64,000 nt of DNA from Candidatus Heimdallarchaeota archaeon (GTDB lineage: Archaea > Asgardarchaeota > Heimdallarchaeia > Heimdallarchaeales > Heimdallarchaeaceae), in contig DXJF01000104.1 of the NCBI GenBank assembly GCA_019057375.1, positions 1 through 64,000 of the forward strand, read 5' to 3'. The notes under the pieces were generated by a model. That model made no database searches, was not told the origin of the DNA, and saw nothing but the letters and a program-made list of their open reading frames with translations. Position numbers and translations under genes: made by a program. This document shows positions 55,486-64,000 of the stretch, one piece after another. Each line of letters opens with the position of its first letter. The stretch's first letter is position 1.

Positions 55486-56838
55486 TCAACTCAAGTTTAC
55501 TAAATGGGTAAACAATCTTAAATAAAACTCTCTTACTACCTCTAAGCTGGATAGTTCTACATATTCATTTGGGCCATGTACATTCCCTCCAAGTGGACCA
55601 AATTCAATTGAAGGAACCCCTTTAGCGCTGAACCATCTAGAATCTGTTGCTCCTCCCATTTCAATTGGGTGATCAGATAGTCCCATCTTTTTTGCTATTG
55701 TTGTGCTTGTTTTAACAAGTGTTGAATCCTTGTTGGTATAAACTGGACCAATGCTCCCTTTTGTTTCAATTTCAGCATCTATAGAAGAGGAGCTTACGAA
55801 TTCCTCAAAATAATTTCTTACATCATCCATTGTTTTGCTCATGATTCTTAAATCCATTTGACAGAGATGATGGTCCTCTTCTTTGCGATAATAGTTAAAT
55901 GTCAGAGTTATACCATAATCACTAGGTGCTGAAGGAATATTAGTTTCCTTAAAATTTGTAACTGAGAGCAAAAACTTAGTTAAATTTTGGTCATATTCAT
56001 ATTCTTGTTCACTATTCTCGTCTGGGATGATATATTCAATACTAATCTCAGATGGTAGAACATTATTCTTAACAAAATTACCTTTCAAAGTTTGAACTAC
56101 GTATGAATTTTCTCTCAAAAAATCAGAAGCTTTGTCCATACAATGAACGTCTATGTCTCTCATGAAATATGCAGCATGCATTGTTCTTTTTCCAGCTATA
56201 TCAGTAACAAAAGTTTTGCTCTCCTTTCTCCCTTGAATTTTATTTAACATTTTTCTCAGCTTAAGATTTGCTACATATGAATTTCTTCTTCTATTGACTA
56301 CCTGAAGTCCATTTGCATCCCCATTAATTACATAATCAGGAATAAGGTTGTTACTCTCGAGATATTTAATTGCTTCTTCTGCACCATTTTTTCCCCCCGA
56401 TTCCTCATCTAGATTGATGAGATAAATTACAGACCCTTTTTCAATTCTCGCAAGATCTTCAGCTAGACTGATCATAGTTGAAACAGCGCCTTTCATATCA
56501 GCTGTTCCTCTTCCATAGGCTTCATCTTCCTTAATTGTCATCTCAAATGGATCTGTGTTCCAACCTGGTCCCTCAGGAACAACATCACAATGTCCCAAGA
56601 ACAAAATTTTAGGAGAGCCCCTATCCAAATAAGAAATTAGAGAGGAATATCCATTTTTTTCATAAAACAAATTCCTATACCCAAAGGGTTCCAGAAGATC
56701 TTTCCCTATAAAATGAAGGATTTCCTTTGAAGGAATTTTGTTTTCCATAGGATTGTTAACAGTTGAAAATGAAACTAGTTTCTCTAAAATCTCAATATAA
56801 GTTAACAAGCAATTTTCCTCGTTTCTTGATGGTTTCAA
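55486..56838 (-). CDS. M20 family metallopeptidase (ArgE/DapE-like)
   Basis: GHCDVVP, GRGTADMKG, DEESGG, GGATDSRWF, HGPNEYV. Confidence 0.9.
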   Translation of the reverse strand: MKPSRNEENCLLTYIEILEKLVSFSTVNNPMENKIPSKEILHFIGKDLLEPFGYRNLFYEKNGYSSLISYLDRGSPKILFLGHCDVVPEGPGWNTDPFEMTIKEDEAYGRGTADMKGAVSTMISLAEDLARIEKGSVIYLINLDEESGGKNGAEEAIKYLESNNLIPDYVINGDANGLQVVNRRRNSYVANLKLRKMLNKIQGRKESKTFVTDIAGKRTMHAAYFMRDIDVHCMDKASDFLRENSYVVQTLKGNFVKNNVLPSEISIEYIIPDENSEQEYEYDQNLTKFLLSVTNFKETNIPSAPSDYGITLTFNYYRKEEDHHLCQMDLRIMSKTMDDVRNYFEEFVSSSSIDAEIETKGSIGPVYTNKDSTLVKTSTTIAKKMGLSDHPIEMGGATDSRWFSAKGVPSIEFGPLGGNVHGPNEYVELSSLEVVREFYLRLFTHLVNLS

Positions 56839-56904
56839 CTATTTTTAAGATATTTGAAATTTCCCTATGAAATTATATACAAAAGGAAAAGATTTCTTCA
56901 CTAA

Positions 56905-57483
56905 TTAAGGGGAAACAACTAATGAACTCTGATAAAATGTTGATATTTTTCTTAGTTTTCCTCCTAATTCCGACATGTAAGAGTAATCAATTACTATATG
57001 GAAAGAAGTACCACTACTAATTTCTCCTTCATCCAAGTTCAAATTTTCTACTTGGATTGTAAAAGATGCATTAATGTATCCATATTGCAGTGTGAAACCA
57101 AAATACTCGTCATTCCATGGCTGTGATGTTCCAGCTATTAACCACGGGTTCAGATCATCCAAAACCTGCCCTGTTGGAAGAAGCATATCAAAGTCCTGAA
57201 TGTAAATAGAGGGCGATTCTGCATCTAATGACAGATAGAAAATCATTGTATCAGACAAAGTGTCTAAATCTGTGTCATTTATTATTAGGATGTTTAGAGA
57301 GATTGCAACGTCTTTTTCTTGAGGAACATCTAGATAGCCGAATAAATCTACTATATCTACATTTAATAGAATGCTTCCAACTAAAGCACTTGCCCCCACA
57401 ACGAGAGAGATAATGATTACACTGGCAAGAACTTCAGAAACACCTCTAGATGACTTACGTAATCTGTGAAACATCTGATACAC
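56905..57483 (-). CDS. Archaeal type IV pilin-like protein (class III signal peptide)
   Basis: RKSSRG|VSEVLASVIIISLVVGASALV. Confidence 0.75.
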   Translation of the reverse strand: MYQMFHRLRKSSRGVSEVLASVIIISLVVGASALVGSILLNVDIVDLFGYLDVPQEKDVAISLNILIINDTDLDTLSDTMIFYLSLDAESPSIYIQDFDMLLPTGQVLDDLNPWLIAGTSQPWNDEYFGFTLQYGYINASFTIQVENLNLDEGEISSGTSFHIVIDYSYMSELGGKLRKISTFYQSSLVVSP

Positions 57484-57601
57484 TCGATTTTACTTTGAAT
57501 AGTATATGGCGAACGTAGTTTATAACTTTTGAGGATTCGGGCAACTGAAATTGTAGTTGTCTCAACAGAAAATGAACTATAAAGACTTAATCAGTTCTGT
57601 C

Positions 57602-59266
57602 TTATCTGTTAAATAATTTTTTAATTCCTATAATTCCTCGTTTCAAAATGTTGTAAAAATGAATCATCACAGCAGTAACGGACGATTTAGCTCTTTTGAG
57701 CCAAAACTTTGTTTGGGCATAAATATAGGTTACATCAGTTTTTATCATTTTATAATTTCTTTCATCAAATATGCTAAGATAAATAGAAGGAGGAAGTAAT
57801 AAGCTTACTACCACAAATAGAATAAGTAAAAAAAGCGGATGCAAATATCTGGATTTGACAATAAGTATACAATTAAAGTAATAGAAGAGAGCACTCACTA
57901 AGATAAATGTGGTGCTTATTATACCAAATGAAATTCGATTATTATCTGTCAGAGCATAATTTTCTCTATCAGTAGAGAGTTTCATTTTCACATCTGATAA
58001 ATGTTTGAATTTCCTGGGCTTAATTCTTTTTATCAGATTAGAGCTTTTTTCCTCAATGAAAGTTAATAAACTGAGTACAAAAAATGGAGTGATAAATGCA
58101 TTATAGTATTTGTAAATCCCTCTTGAGATGAATAGATGAGTATTAATTATAATCCATGTAGCGAATATTATTTGATAGCTTTCATTCCCGCCTATTTTCT
58201 TCCCATTAAAGTAAGCGAAAACAGCTGTAAAACCATAAAAGAGGAGGAAGGGAATCATATATTTATTAATTACAAAATAAAAGTCCGCAAGACCTTGGTT
58301 CCCAAGAAATAGAAAACTATTTGCCAAAGTAACAGTATGACCTGAATGCTCTAAATCAACAAATCCTAAAGGTCTTCCTGGTCCAAATACTCTTACAGCG
58401 TATTCATCTGGTGTCATGAATAACCAAGGAAGAGATAGAATAAATGTTGAGATTAAAAATGGGAAAAGAAAATCTCTAAATGCAGCTCGTAAGTCTTTCT
58501 TCTTCCAAATTATTAGGAACCATGGTATCAGTAGAAATAAAGGCATTTGTTTTGATAACCATGCAACTGAAAGAAAGAACCCTGTTAACCTATATTTATC
58601 TTTGATGAATAGTAAAAAGCTGATCAGAGTAAAGAAAGTCATTTGAGGTGTATTCAAGAAAACTGAATCAACATATAGAAGGTTAATAGGCATCATAGAA
58701 AAAATTGCAGCAGACAAGATTCCCAAAGCATGTTTTGTTGATGTTTTGTCTTTAAATGTTTTAAGCGTGACCACAATCAAATAAACCATGACAACCGATA
58801 ATGCATCAAAGACAATATGTGTCCATTTTACTGATTCCAAAATCATTTCGGGCTTATCAAGTTGAGGAAAGAATAAGCTTACAAAAAGGGAGATAAAATA
58901 TAATCCATAAATGAACATAGGACCATAAACATATCCGTTGAGTGGTCCTTCTCCACCAGCATAAGGATTCCAATTCTCATAGCGAAAAGATTCTAGATAT
59001 GGTTCATAATAAAATGAAGCATCTGAATATGCTTCCAAATACCAAACTTTTACTACCTCTGACCCTTCATAGTGAAACCAGTTAAATCCAGCACCATGAA
59101 CCCTCCAATACCATTCTGAAATTAGATTCTTAACATAGAGAGAAAGAACAAAAAGGAGAATTGAAATCGAAATAATGATAAATATTTCACTTAAACTCTT
59201 TTTGTTGATTCTCCCTTGATTGAATCTTTTGGTTTTGAAGTTTCTCAAAGTAGCCATTCTATTCAC
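57602..59266 (-). CDS. GT-C type membrane glycosyltransferase (GT87-like)
   Basis: YVYGPMF, LSKQMP motifs; multi-TM. Confidence 0.65.
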   Translation of the reverse strand: MNRMATLRNFKTKRFNQGRINKKSLSEIFIIISISILLFVLSLYVKNLISEWYWRVHGAGFNWFHYEGSEVVKVWYLEAYSDASFYYEPYLESFRYENWNPYAGGEGPLNGYVYGPMFIYGLYFISLFVSLFFPQLDKPEMILESVKWTHIVFDALSVVMVYLIVVTLKTFKDKTSTKHALGILSAAIFSMMPINLLYVDSVFLNTPQMTFFTLISFLLFIKDKYRLTGFFLSVAWLSKQMPLFLLIPWFLIIWKKKDLRAAFRDFLFPFLISTFILSLPWLFMTPDEYAVRVFGPGRPLGFVDLEHSGHTVTLANSFLFLGNQGLADFYFVINKYMIPFLLFYGFTAVFAYFNGKKIGGNESYQIIFATWIIINTHLFISRGIYKYYNAFITPFFVLSLLTFIEEKSSNLIKRIKPRKFKHLSDVKMKLSTDRENYALTDNNRISFGIISTTFILVSALFYYFNCILIVKSRYLHPLFLLILFVVVSLLLPPSIYLSIFDERNYKMIKTDVTYIYAQTKFWLKRAKSSVTAVMIHFYNILKRGIIGIKKLFNR

Positions 59267-59351
59267 AATTAAGTCTCGGTATAGGTTCTTGGATGTATAA
59301 CTAATTTAAAACATTTAATATTTTCCTCTATGGAATTATGTCATATTATAA

Positions 59352-60266
59352 TCAAACAACAGGATTATCATCAGAGTATTCTTCCTTAATTATCTGATAC
59401 CACTGACGGATTATTTTTGCGAAATTTTGAAAAGTATTCTGAACATTAGAACCTTCAGTTAAAGATACCAACTCACTTACCACTATAGTCCCATAATTGG
59501 TCTCTAACTGTTCTCTAAAGAGTTCAACGACAGATTCAAATTCATTCAACTCGCTTTTCTCAAGTAAATCAATTTTGGTTCCGAGGAGTAAGATAGGTGG
59601 GCACAGATCATAAGAATATACTTCAAGAAAAGTATCTAACCAATATTGTAATTTCTCAAATGTCTGAAGTTCAGTTACATCATATGCTAGAACAACTCCA
59701 AAACTTGCTTTTGCATAAATCCACAGAGGAGAATCAGGAGGGATATCTAAAATAATGCATTCAAAATCAATATTAAAATCATCAACAGATCGATTGATTT
59801 TTCCGAAATAAACACCAGGAGCGGGTCTATTAAGTGATTCGCCAGTTAAAGCATAAACAAAAGATTGTTTTCCTGTTTTATCCTCACCAAGAATTACAAT
59901 TCTAGCAGAGAATGTTTTCACTAAAACGCTTTCAATTATTTTTGGCTTTGGGATAACTTTAATTCTTGAAGTATCTGCAACCGCTGATCCTTCCTCCCAT
60001 GCAAGGTCACTATAACTAGGTACGTTTTTCAAGTACCAATTCCAAAATGATTCATGTAAATCATCGATTTTGTCCCTAATCAATTCGTGGGCAAAGAAAA
60101 CGGTGCTTCCCTCTTTTATGAAACCCCAGTCTTCAGGTCGGGAAAAAAAATAATCTTTGATCTCTTTTAAACTGATTTGGATTTTATTACTTAATTTCTC
60201 AGCATCTAAGTGGGAATTGCTAAAAATATAATTATCTAATACTTCGCTAAGCTCTTCTTTTTGCAC
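59352..60266 (-). CDS. Degenerate Ras/Rab-like GTPase with N-terminal extension
   Basis: GEDKTGKQS (G1), LAYDVT, TKIDL (G4); G2 Thr and G3 Gly absent. Confidence 0.7.
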   Translation of the reverse strand: MQKEELSEVLDNYIFSNSHLDAEKLSNKIQISLKEIKDYFFSRPEDWGFIKEGSTVFFAHELIRDKIDDLHESFWNWYLKNVPSYSDLAWEEGSAVADTSRIKVIPKPKIIESVLVKTFSARIVILGEDKTGKQSFVYALTGESLNRPAPGVYFGKINRSVDDFNIDFECIILDIPPDSPLWIYAKASFGVVLAYDVTELQTFEKLQYWLDTFLEVYSYDLCPPILLLGTKIDLLEKSELNEFESVVELFREQLETNYGTIVVSELVSLTEGSNVQNTFQNFAKIIRQWYQIIKEEYSDDNPVV

Positions 60267-60368
60267 GTAGTAACCCCCAAGTTATATCGAATCTCAAACT
60301 AACCTCAAGATATGCTAACTAAATTCAATATGGGTACAAGGTATTAAAACTTGCTTGTAATTTCTAAA

Positions 60369-60812
60369 TCAAAGAGGTTTCTGAGGGCAGGGGATGGATT
60401 TCATCATCGCGTATGATTTTTCAGCAGTTTGTAATGACATTCTTAAAAGTTTAATCTCTTCGTTGTTCAGACCTGCGTCTCTAAGTTCAGAAGTAAACGT
60501 TTTAGGTGAAATCATGAATCTTTTCCAATTGTCATTTACTTTTAGGAGCTTCTCCATCTTCTTTCTGGTATTATAGAGATATGGTCGATTCTTGAAATGT
60601 ATGAGGGCTTTTCGTATCTCGCCGCGTACTATTTCTGCATTTTTTGGTTCAACCTTGTTTTCATTTTCTTCCAGGAAATGAGTTATTTCCTTAAGAATAG
60701 AAGGTTCTATTTCTTCAGTTGAGGGGAAGATACAATTTAAAGCTATATCAATAAACTCCTCAGTATCCATTTCAAATGTCATTGTTAAGTTTAGAGATAT
60801 GAAAAATAACAT
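60369..60812 (-). CDS. Hypothetical protein (start uncertain)
   Basis: 147-aa ORF in the same orientation as neighbours. Confidence 0.65.
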   Translation of the reverse strand: MLFFISLNLTMTFEMDTEEFIDIALNCIFPSTEEIEPSILKEITHFLEENENKVEPKNAEIVRGEIRKALIHFKNRPYLYNTRKKMEKLLKVNDNWKRFMISPKTFTSELRDAGLNNEEIKLLRMSLQTAEKSYAMMKSIPCPQKPL

Positions 60813-60905
60813 AAAAGCACATGAGACAGAGATATGATTGTAGACATAATCCCAGTATTACACTTCAGATTTTAGAGAATCAATACTGTTAATTAAAATG
60901 CATTT

Positions 60906-63452
60906 TCACACATATGCATCATATTCTGCATAGTCGTCTATAATCTTCAGTTTAGATTCATTTAGAAGTTTTATTGATTCGATGGCACCAGTCTTGTTCA
61001 AGGGTTGATTGTTGTTACCACATTGGTAAGAATAAGTACATCTTGGACAACCATCAGAGGTTTTACAAGTGCAGTTTTCCAGAATTTTCAGTGAACGGCT
61101 GAGACCTTCTTCTAGCTTATCGTATAGAAGTTTGGATAATCCGCTTCCACCTTTTGCACCATCATAAACAAAAATTGCGCCAGATTTACCCATGGATATT
61201 CCTCCAATCTCGGAACTTCCTCCTCCAGTTAACATCGAACTAGATTCAATCACAACATGCTCAACAGCGTGGAAGGTTCCATTTAGTAGAACATCTTCTG
61301 ATAAGTTTGCAAAAGTGTTTAGAAGATCTATTGGCTTTGGCATTGTGAACATGAAACCTTTTGTTTGAAATGAGTAAATTATTGGTTCTTTAAAGGTCTC
61401 AGTTTTATGAAGCTTGTTTGTAAAGATATCATTGACATTATAACCAGTAACGTGTTCAGTTATTTGTAAATCACAATAGATGACCTCAGTTCCAAGAACC
61501 TTCTTTCTTTCATTTACAGCCAATATAGATGGGGTTGCATATCGATTAGCTGTTGTTTTCTGATTTATGGGTGGTATAAGCTGTAAGATTATTTCTCCGC
61601 CACCAAATCGATTGTCATACTTGAAAGTTAAAGACCTGTAATGTTTACCTCCATGAAGATATATAGCCCCAGGATGTAATTCTCTAGCAGCCATAGGCAT
61701 AGATCTTTCCCCCAATCTTTTACCAGTTTTATCTTTTAGCAATAAAGTATCCCCAATCCCCCTAATTGAATAAGCTCGTAGCAAACGCAAAATATCAGTT
61801 TTAGATTTGGCTCTATATCCTCCATCTGATGTTTTACGCAGTTTTTCTTCGCTCTCTAATTGTGTTAAGATAGTTTGGTGTTTAACGAATTCTTTTTGTT
61901 CTATAGGTTTTTCCAAGACAGCAGCTAAAAGCTGAAAATAGGAAACGATTTCATTTTTTGGCTCAATGTATCCGTGTCTGATGTCAGCAAAGTATGTTTC
62001 TGGATAAACTGAATAGAATGTACTAATGGGATCATCATTTTTTAGAATCAGGGAACCAATTGATTCTTGTCCTTTTCTTCCAGCTCTTCCCAATCTTTGT
62101 ATAAAACTTGTAACATTAACAATAGAGGAGACTACACCATCAACATCGCCAATGTCAATCCCTAATTCTAGTGTTGGTGTAGACACTAACGCGTCTAAAT
62201 CACCTTCCCTAAATTTCTGTTCCACTTTGTTTCTATAATGTCTTGTTAAACCAGCTCTGTGAACAGCTGATTTTATTCTTGCAGAACGTAGAAGCAAATT
62301 TATTATCTCAGCGTTTTTATGACTGTTCTGAAAACAAAGTGTCTTATGACCGGAGGTTACCAGTTGTCTTGTTATCTCAGAGGTTATAGTATATTGACTT
62401 ACATTCCAAGGGATGGTAATCAACAGATGAGTTGGTGCTTTTCTAGCTTCTTTAACTATAATTGCTGTTACTTCTCTATCAAAAAGCTGAGAAGAAAAGT
62501 CAAGTGCATTCCCAATTGTTGCAGAAGATCCGATAAATTGGATTTTATTAGATACAAGTCGTTGAAGTCGTTTTAAAATGAAATAGAGATTAGACCCGAA
62601 AGCACCTATAGCTACATGAATTTCATCAATAATTATGAATTTGAGATTTCTTATTATTGAAACAAAAGGTAAATTTCTCATATGATAGTGTAGCATGTCT
62701 GGATTAGTGATAAGAATATCAGGAGGAGATTCAAGGATCTTTTCTCTCTTTGTTTTAGGAGTATCACCATCGTATACTTCGCAAGTAATTCCTAAAGTAC
62801 TTCCATATTTCTTGATTTTCTTCTCTTGATCTTTGGCTAGGGCTTTTGTTGGATATATGATAAGAGCAGATAAACCTCTTCTCTGGAGTGGATGGGAAGC
62901 TTCATTCCAAATTTGTGTTAAAACTGGCAATATAAAAGCTTCAGTTTTTCCTGTCCCTGTTGGAGCTACAATAACAATATCCTCTCCTTTGTCAATTAAA
63001 TCAAAAGCTTCTTGTTGAAATTCATATAAAGAGGGGAGATTATTATTACTTAGAAAGGAACTCAATTTTTCTGGAAATTCCATCTTTGTTGAGCTATGTT
63101 TGGGGAATTTTTGTTCCAGAAAGCCATAGTAAATTAACTCAATATCGGGGTTGTTAATTATGTTCTTAATTGCGGAAGGTATTTTTTGTGGATCATATCC
63201 TCCGTTTAGTATTAGTTTTCTCTTCTCCTCCTTTGTTTTCCTTGGAACAGGGAAGAGATTTTCCTCTTTTTTCTTTTTTAATTGCTTTGCTAATTCCCGT
63301 CGAGATTGCTTAGAATCTACTAATTGATTGTATGCTTCAGTTTTATCAGTAACAAAAATTGTTTCTTTAAGACCGCAAAAATTACATTGAAACAGAAAGG
63401 AATTTGATTGTCTTGTTACAGTTAAATCTTTTTTGCAGTCTGGACATTTCAT
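60906..63452 (-). CDS. Hrq/MrfA-like DEAD/DEAH-box helicase with DUF1998 zinc domain and N-terminal zinc ribbon
   Basis: APTGTGKT, DEIH, QRLGRAGR, C-terminal CTCKTSDGCPRC; N-terminal CPDC...CNFC. Confidence 0.9.
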   Translation of the reverse strand: MKCPDCKKDLTVTRQSNSFLFQCNFCGLKETIFVTDKTEAYNQLVDSKQSRRELAKQLKKKKEENLFPVPRKTKEEKRKLILNGGYDPQKIPSAIKNIINNPDIELIYYGFLEQKFPKHSSTKMEFPEKLSSFLSNNNLPSLYEFQQEAFDLIDKGEDIVIVAPTGTGKTEAFILPVLTQIWNEASHPLQRRGLSALIIYPTKALAKDQEKKIKKYGSTLGITCEVYDGDTPKTKREKILESPPDILITNPDMLHYHMRNLPFVSIIRNLKFIIIDEIHVAIGAFGSNLYFILKRLQRLVSNKIQFIGSSATIGNALDFSSQLFDREVTAIIVKEARKAPTHLLITIPWNVSQYTITSEITRQLVTSGHKTLCFQNSHKNAEIINLLLRSARIKSAVHRAGLTRHYRNKVEQKFREGDLDALVSTPTLELGIDIGDVDGVVSSIVNVTSFIQRLGRAGRKGQESIGSLILKNDDPISTFYSVYPETYFADIRHGYIEPKNEIVSYFQLLAAVLEKPIEQKEFVKHQTILTQLESEEKLRKTSDGGYRAKSKTDILRLLRAYSIRGIGDTLLLKDKTGKRLGERSMPMAARELHPGAIYLHGGKHYRSLTFKYDNRFGGGEIILQLIPPINQKTTANRYATPSILAVNERKKVLGTEVIYCDLQITEHVTGYNVNDIFTNKLHKTETFKEPIIYSFQTKGFMFTMPKPIDLLNTFANLSEDVLLNGTFHAVEHVVIESSSMLTGGGSSEIGGISMGKSGAIFVYDGAKGGSGLSKLLYDKLEEGLSRSLKILENCTCKTSDGCPRCTYSYQCGNNNQPLNKTGAIESIKLLNESKLKIIDDYAEYDAYV

Positions 63453-63576
63453 TGAAATACCTCTTTATGTGTTATCAGTATTATAATTAATAAAGTTGCA
63501 GAGTGCAACCTCTTAAAGGATATTTAATGGATAGATTTAAAATAAGTTATTTCTGTATCGGCTCAAGGTAAGAAAA

Positions 63577-63834
63577 ATGGCTTCTCAAAGAGTATGTAAA
63601 TGGAAGCAAGGGATGACTGGAAGAAGTCCTGAAGGAAAGGTACAACAAGTAAATTTCCCCTGCAGATATCCCACAGAAGAACTCACAACAGATTTATGTA
63701 CATTGTGTCTCCTGGGTGATTTGTTTGCAATGTTTTATGCACAGTCAATGAGTTTCAAGAAAAGTTCAGACATGCAGGAAGAAATTATGGCTTTTCTAAA
63801 AGGTTTCACTTCAGAAGATTTTGATATGAGATAA
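63577..63834 (+). CDS. Small Cys-containing hypothetical protein
   Basis: 85 aa with C, C and CxxC. Confidence 0.6.
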   Translation: MASQRVCKWKQGMTGRSPEGKVQQVNFPCRYPTEELTTDLCTLCLLGDLFAMFYAQSMSFKKSSDMQEEIMAFLKGFTSEDFDMR

Positions 63835-63874
63835 TAACATATCTAACTTTATCATCAATGAATCCAAATTCATG

Positions 63875-64000
63875 CTATTTTCTAAAGCGTGAAATAATAA
63901 TCACTATCACCAAAACGCCAGCTAATGCTCCAGTACTTATAAGAGGATATAGCCATGGAAGTGAAGAGAAAGTAATTTTATCGTATTTCTCTGAAAATGG
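63875..64000 (-). CDS. 3' end of a C-terminally anchored surface protein (truncated by the window)
   Basis: ...PWLYPLISTGALAGVLVIVIIISRFRK*. Confidence 0.65.
   Translation of the reverse strand, partial: PFSEKYDKITFSSLPWLYPLISTGALAGVLVIVIIISRFRK

Noticed and set aside
2352-63018. Short ORF-track entries antisense to or nested in longer genes (e.g. 5432-5710, 11558-11917, 24544-24960, 30642-30866, 47032-47472)
   Set aside because: Shadow ORFs of well-supported genes on the opposite strand or frame, with no independent motifs or SD sites

Overview
Low-GC archaeal chromosomal segment, most likely an Asgard archaeon (Heimdallarchaeia-like). This is inferred from two Rab-like GTPases, TPR proteins, many C-terminally anchored surface proteins, a PIG-B/ALG9-like mannosyltransferase, MptE and an archaeal pilin. 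Ordinary content includes two DEAD-box helicases, an Hrq/DUF1998 helicase, a KstD-like flavoprotein, an FAD oxidoreductase-EtfB-EtfA operon, M20/S41/CPBP peptidases, MFS/EamA/CLC transporters and several decayed genes. No rRNA, tRNA, CRISPR array, integrase or transposase was recognised. The main candidate for an undescribed system lies at 12.5-33 kb. (i) Seven dispersed paralogs of a 112-158 aa protein I cannot assign share an R[WL]xxCxxCG...HxC...P...T[SN]W...FF motif (putative C2HC zinc finger). Several have palindromic operator-like sites directly behind their TATA boxes, shared with neighbouring promoters. (ii) Two diverged tandem cassettes (28.96-29.86 and 30.58-32.28 kb) encode microproteins, most below the ORF-track cutoff. 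They share a 48-aa Arg/Lys-rich peptide ending in a covarying, switchable RNA hairpin, an identical 23-nt element followed by a long stem-loop, and a 49-aa single-TM peptide. Cassette B adds a membrane-anchored protein with 13-residue beta repeats. All functional readings are inferences from sequence inspection only.
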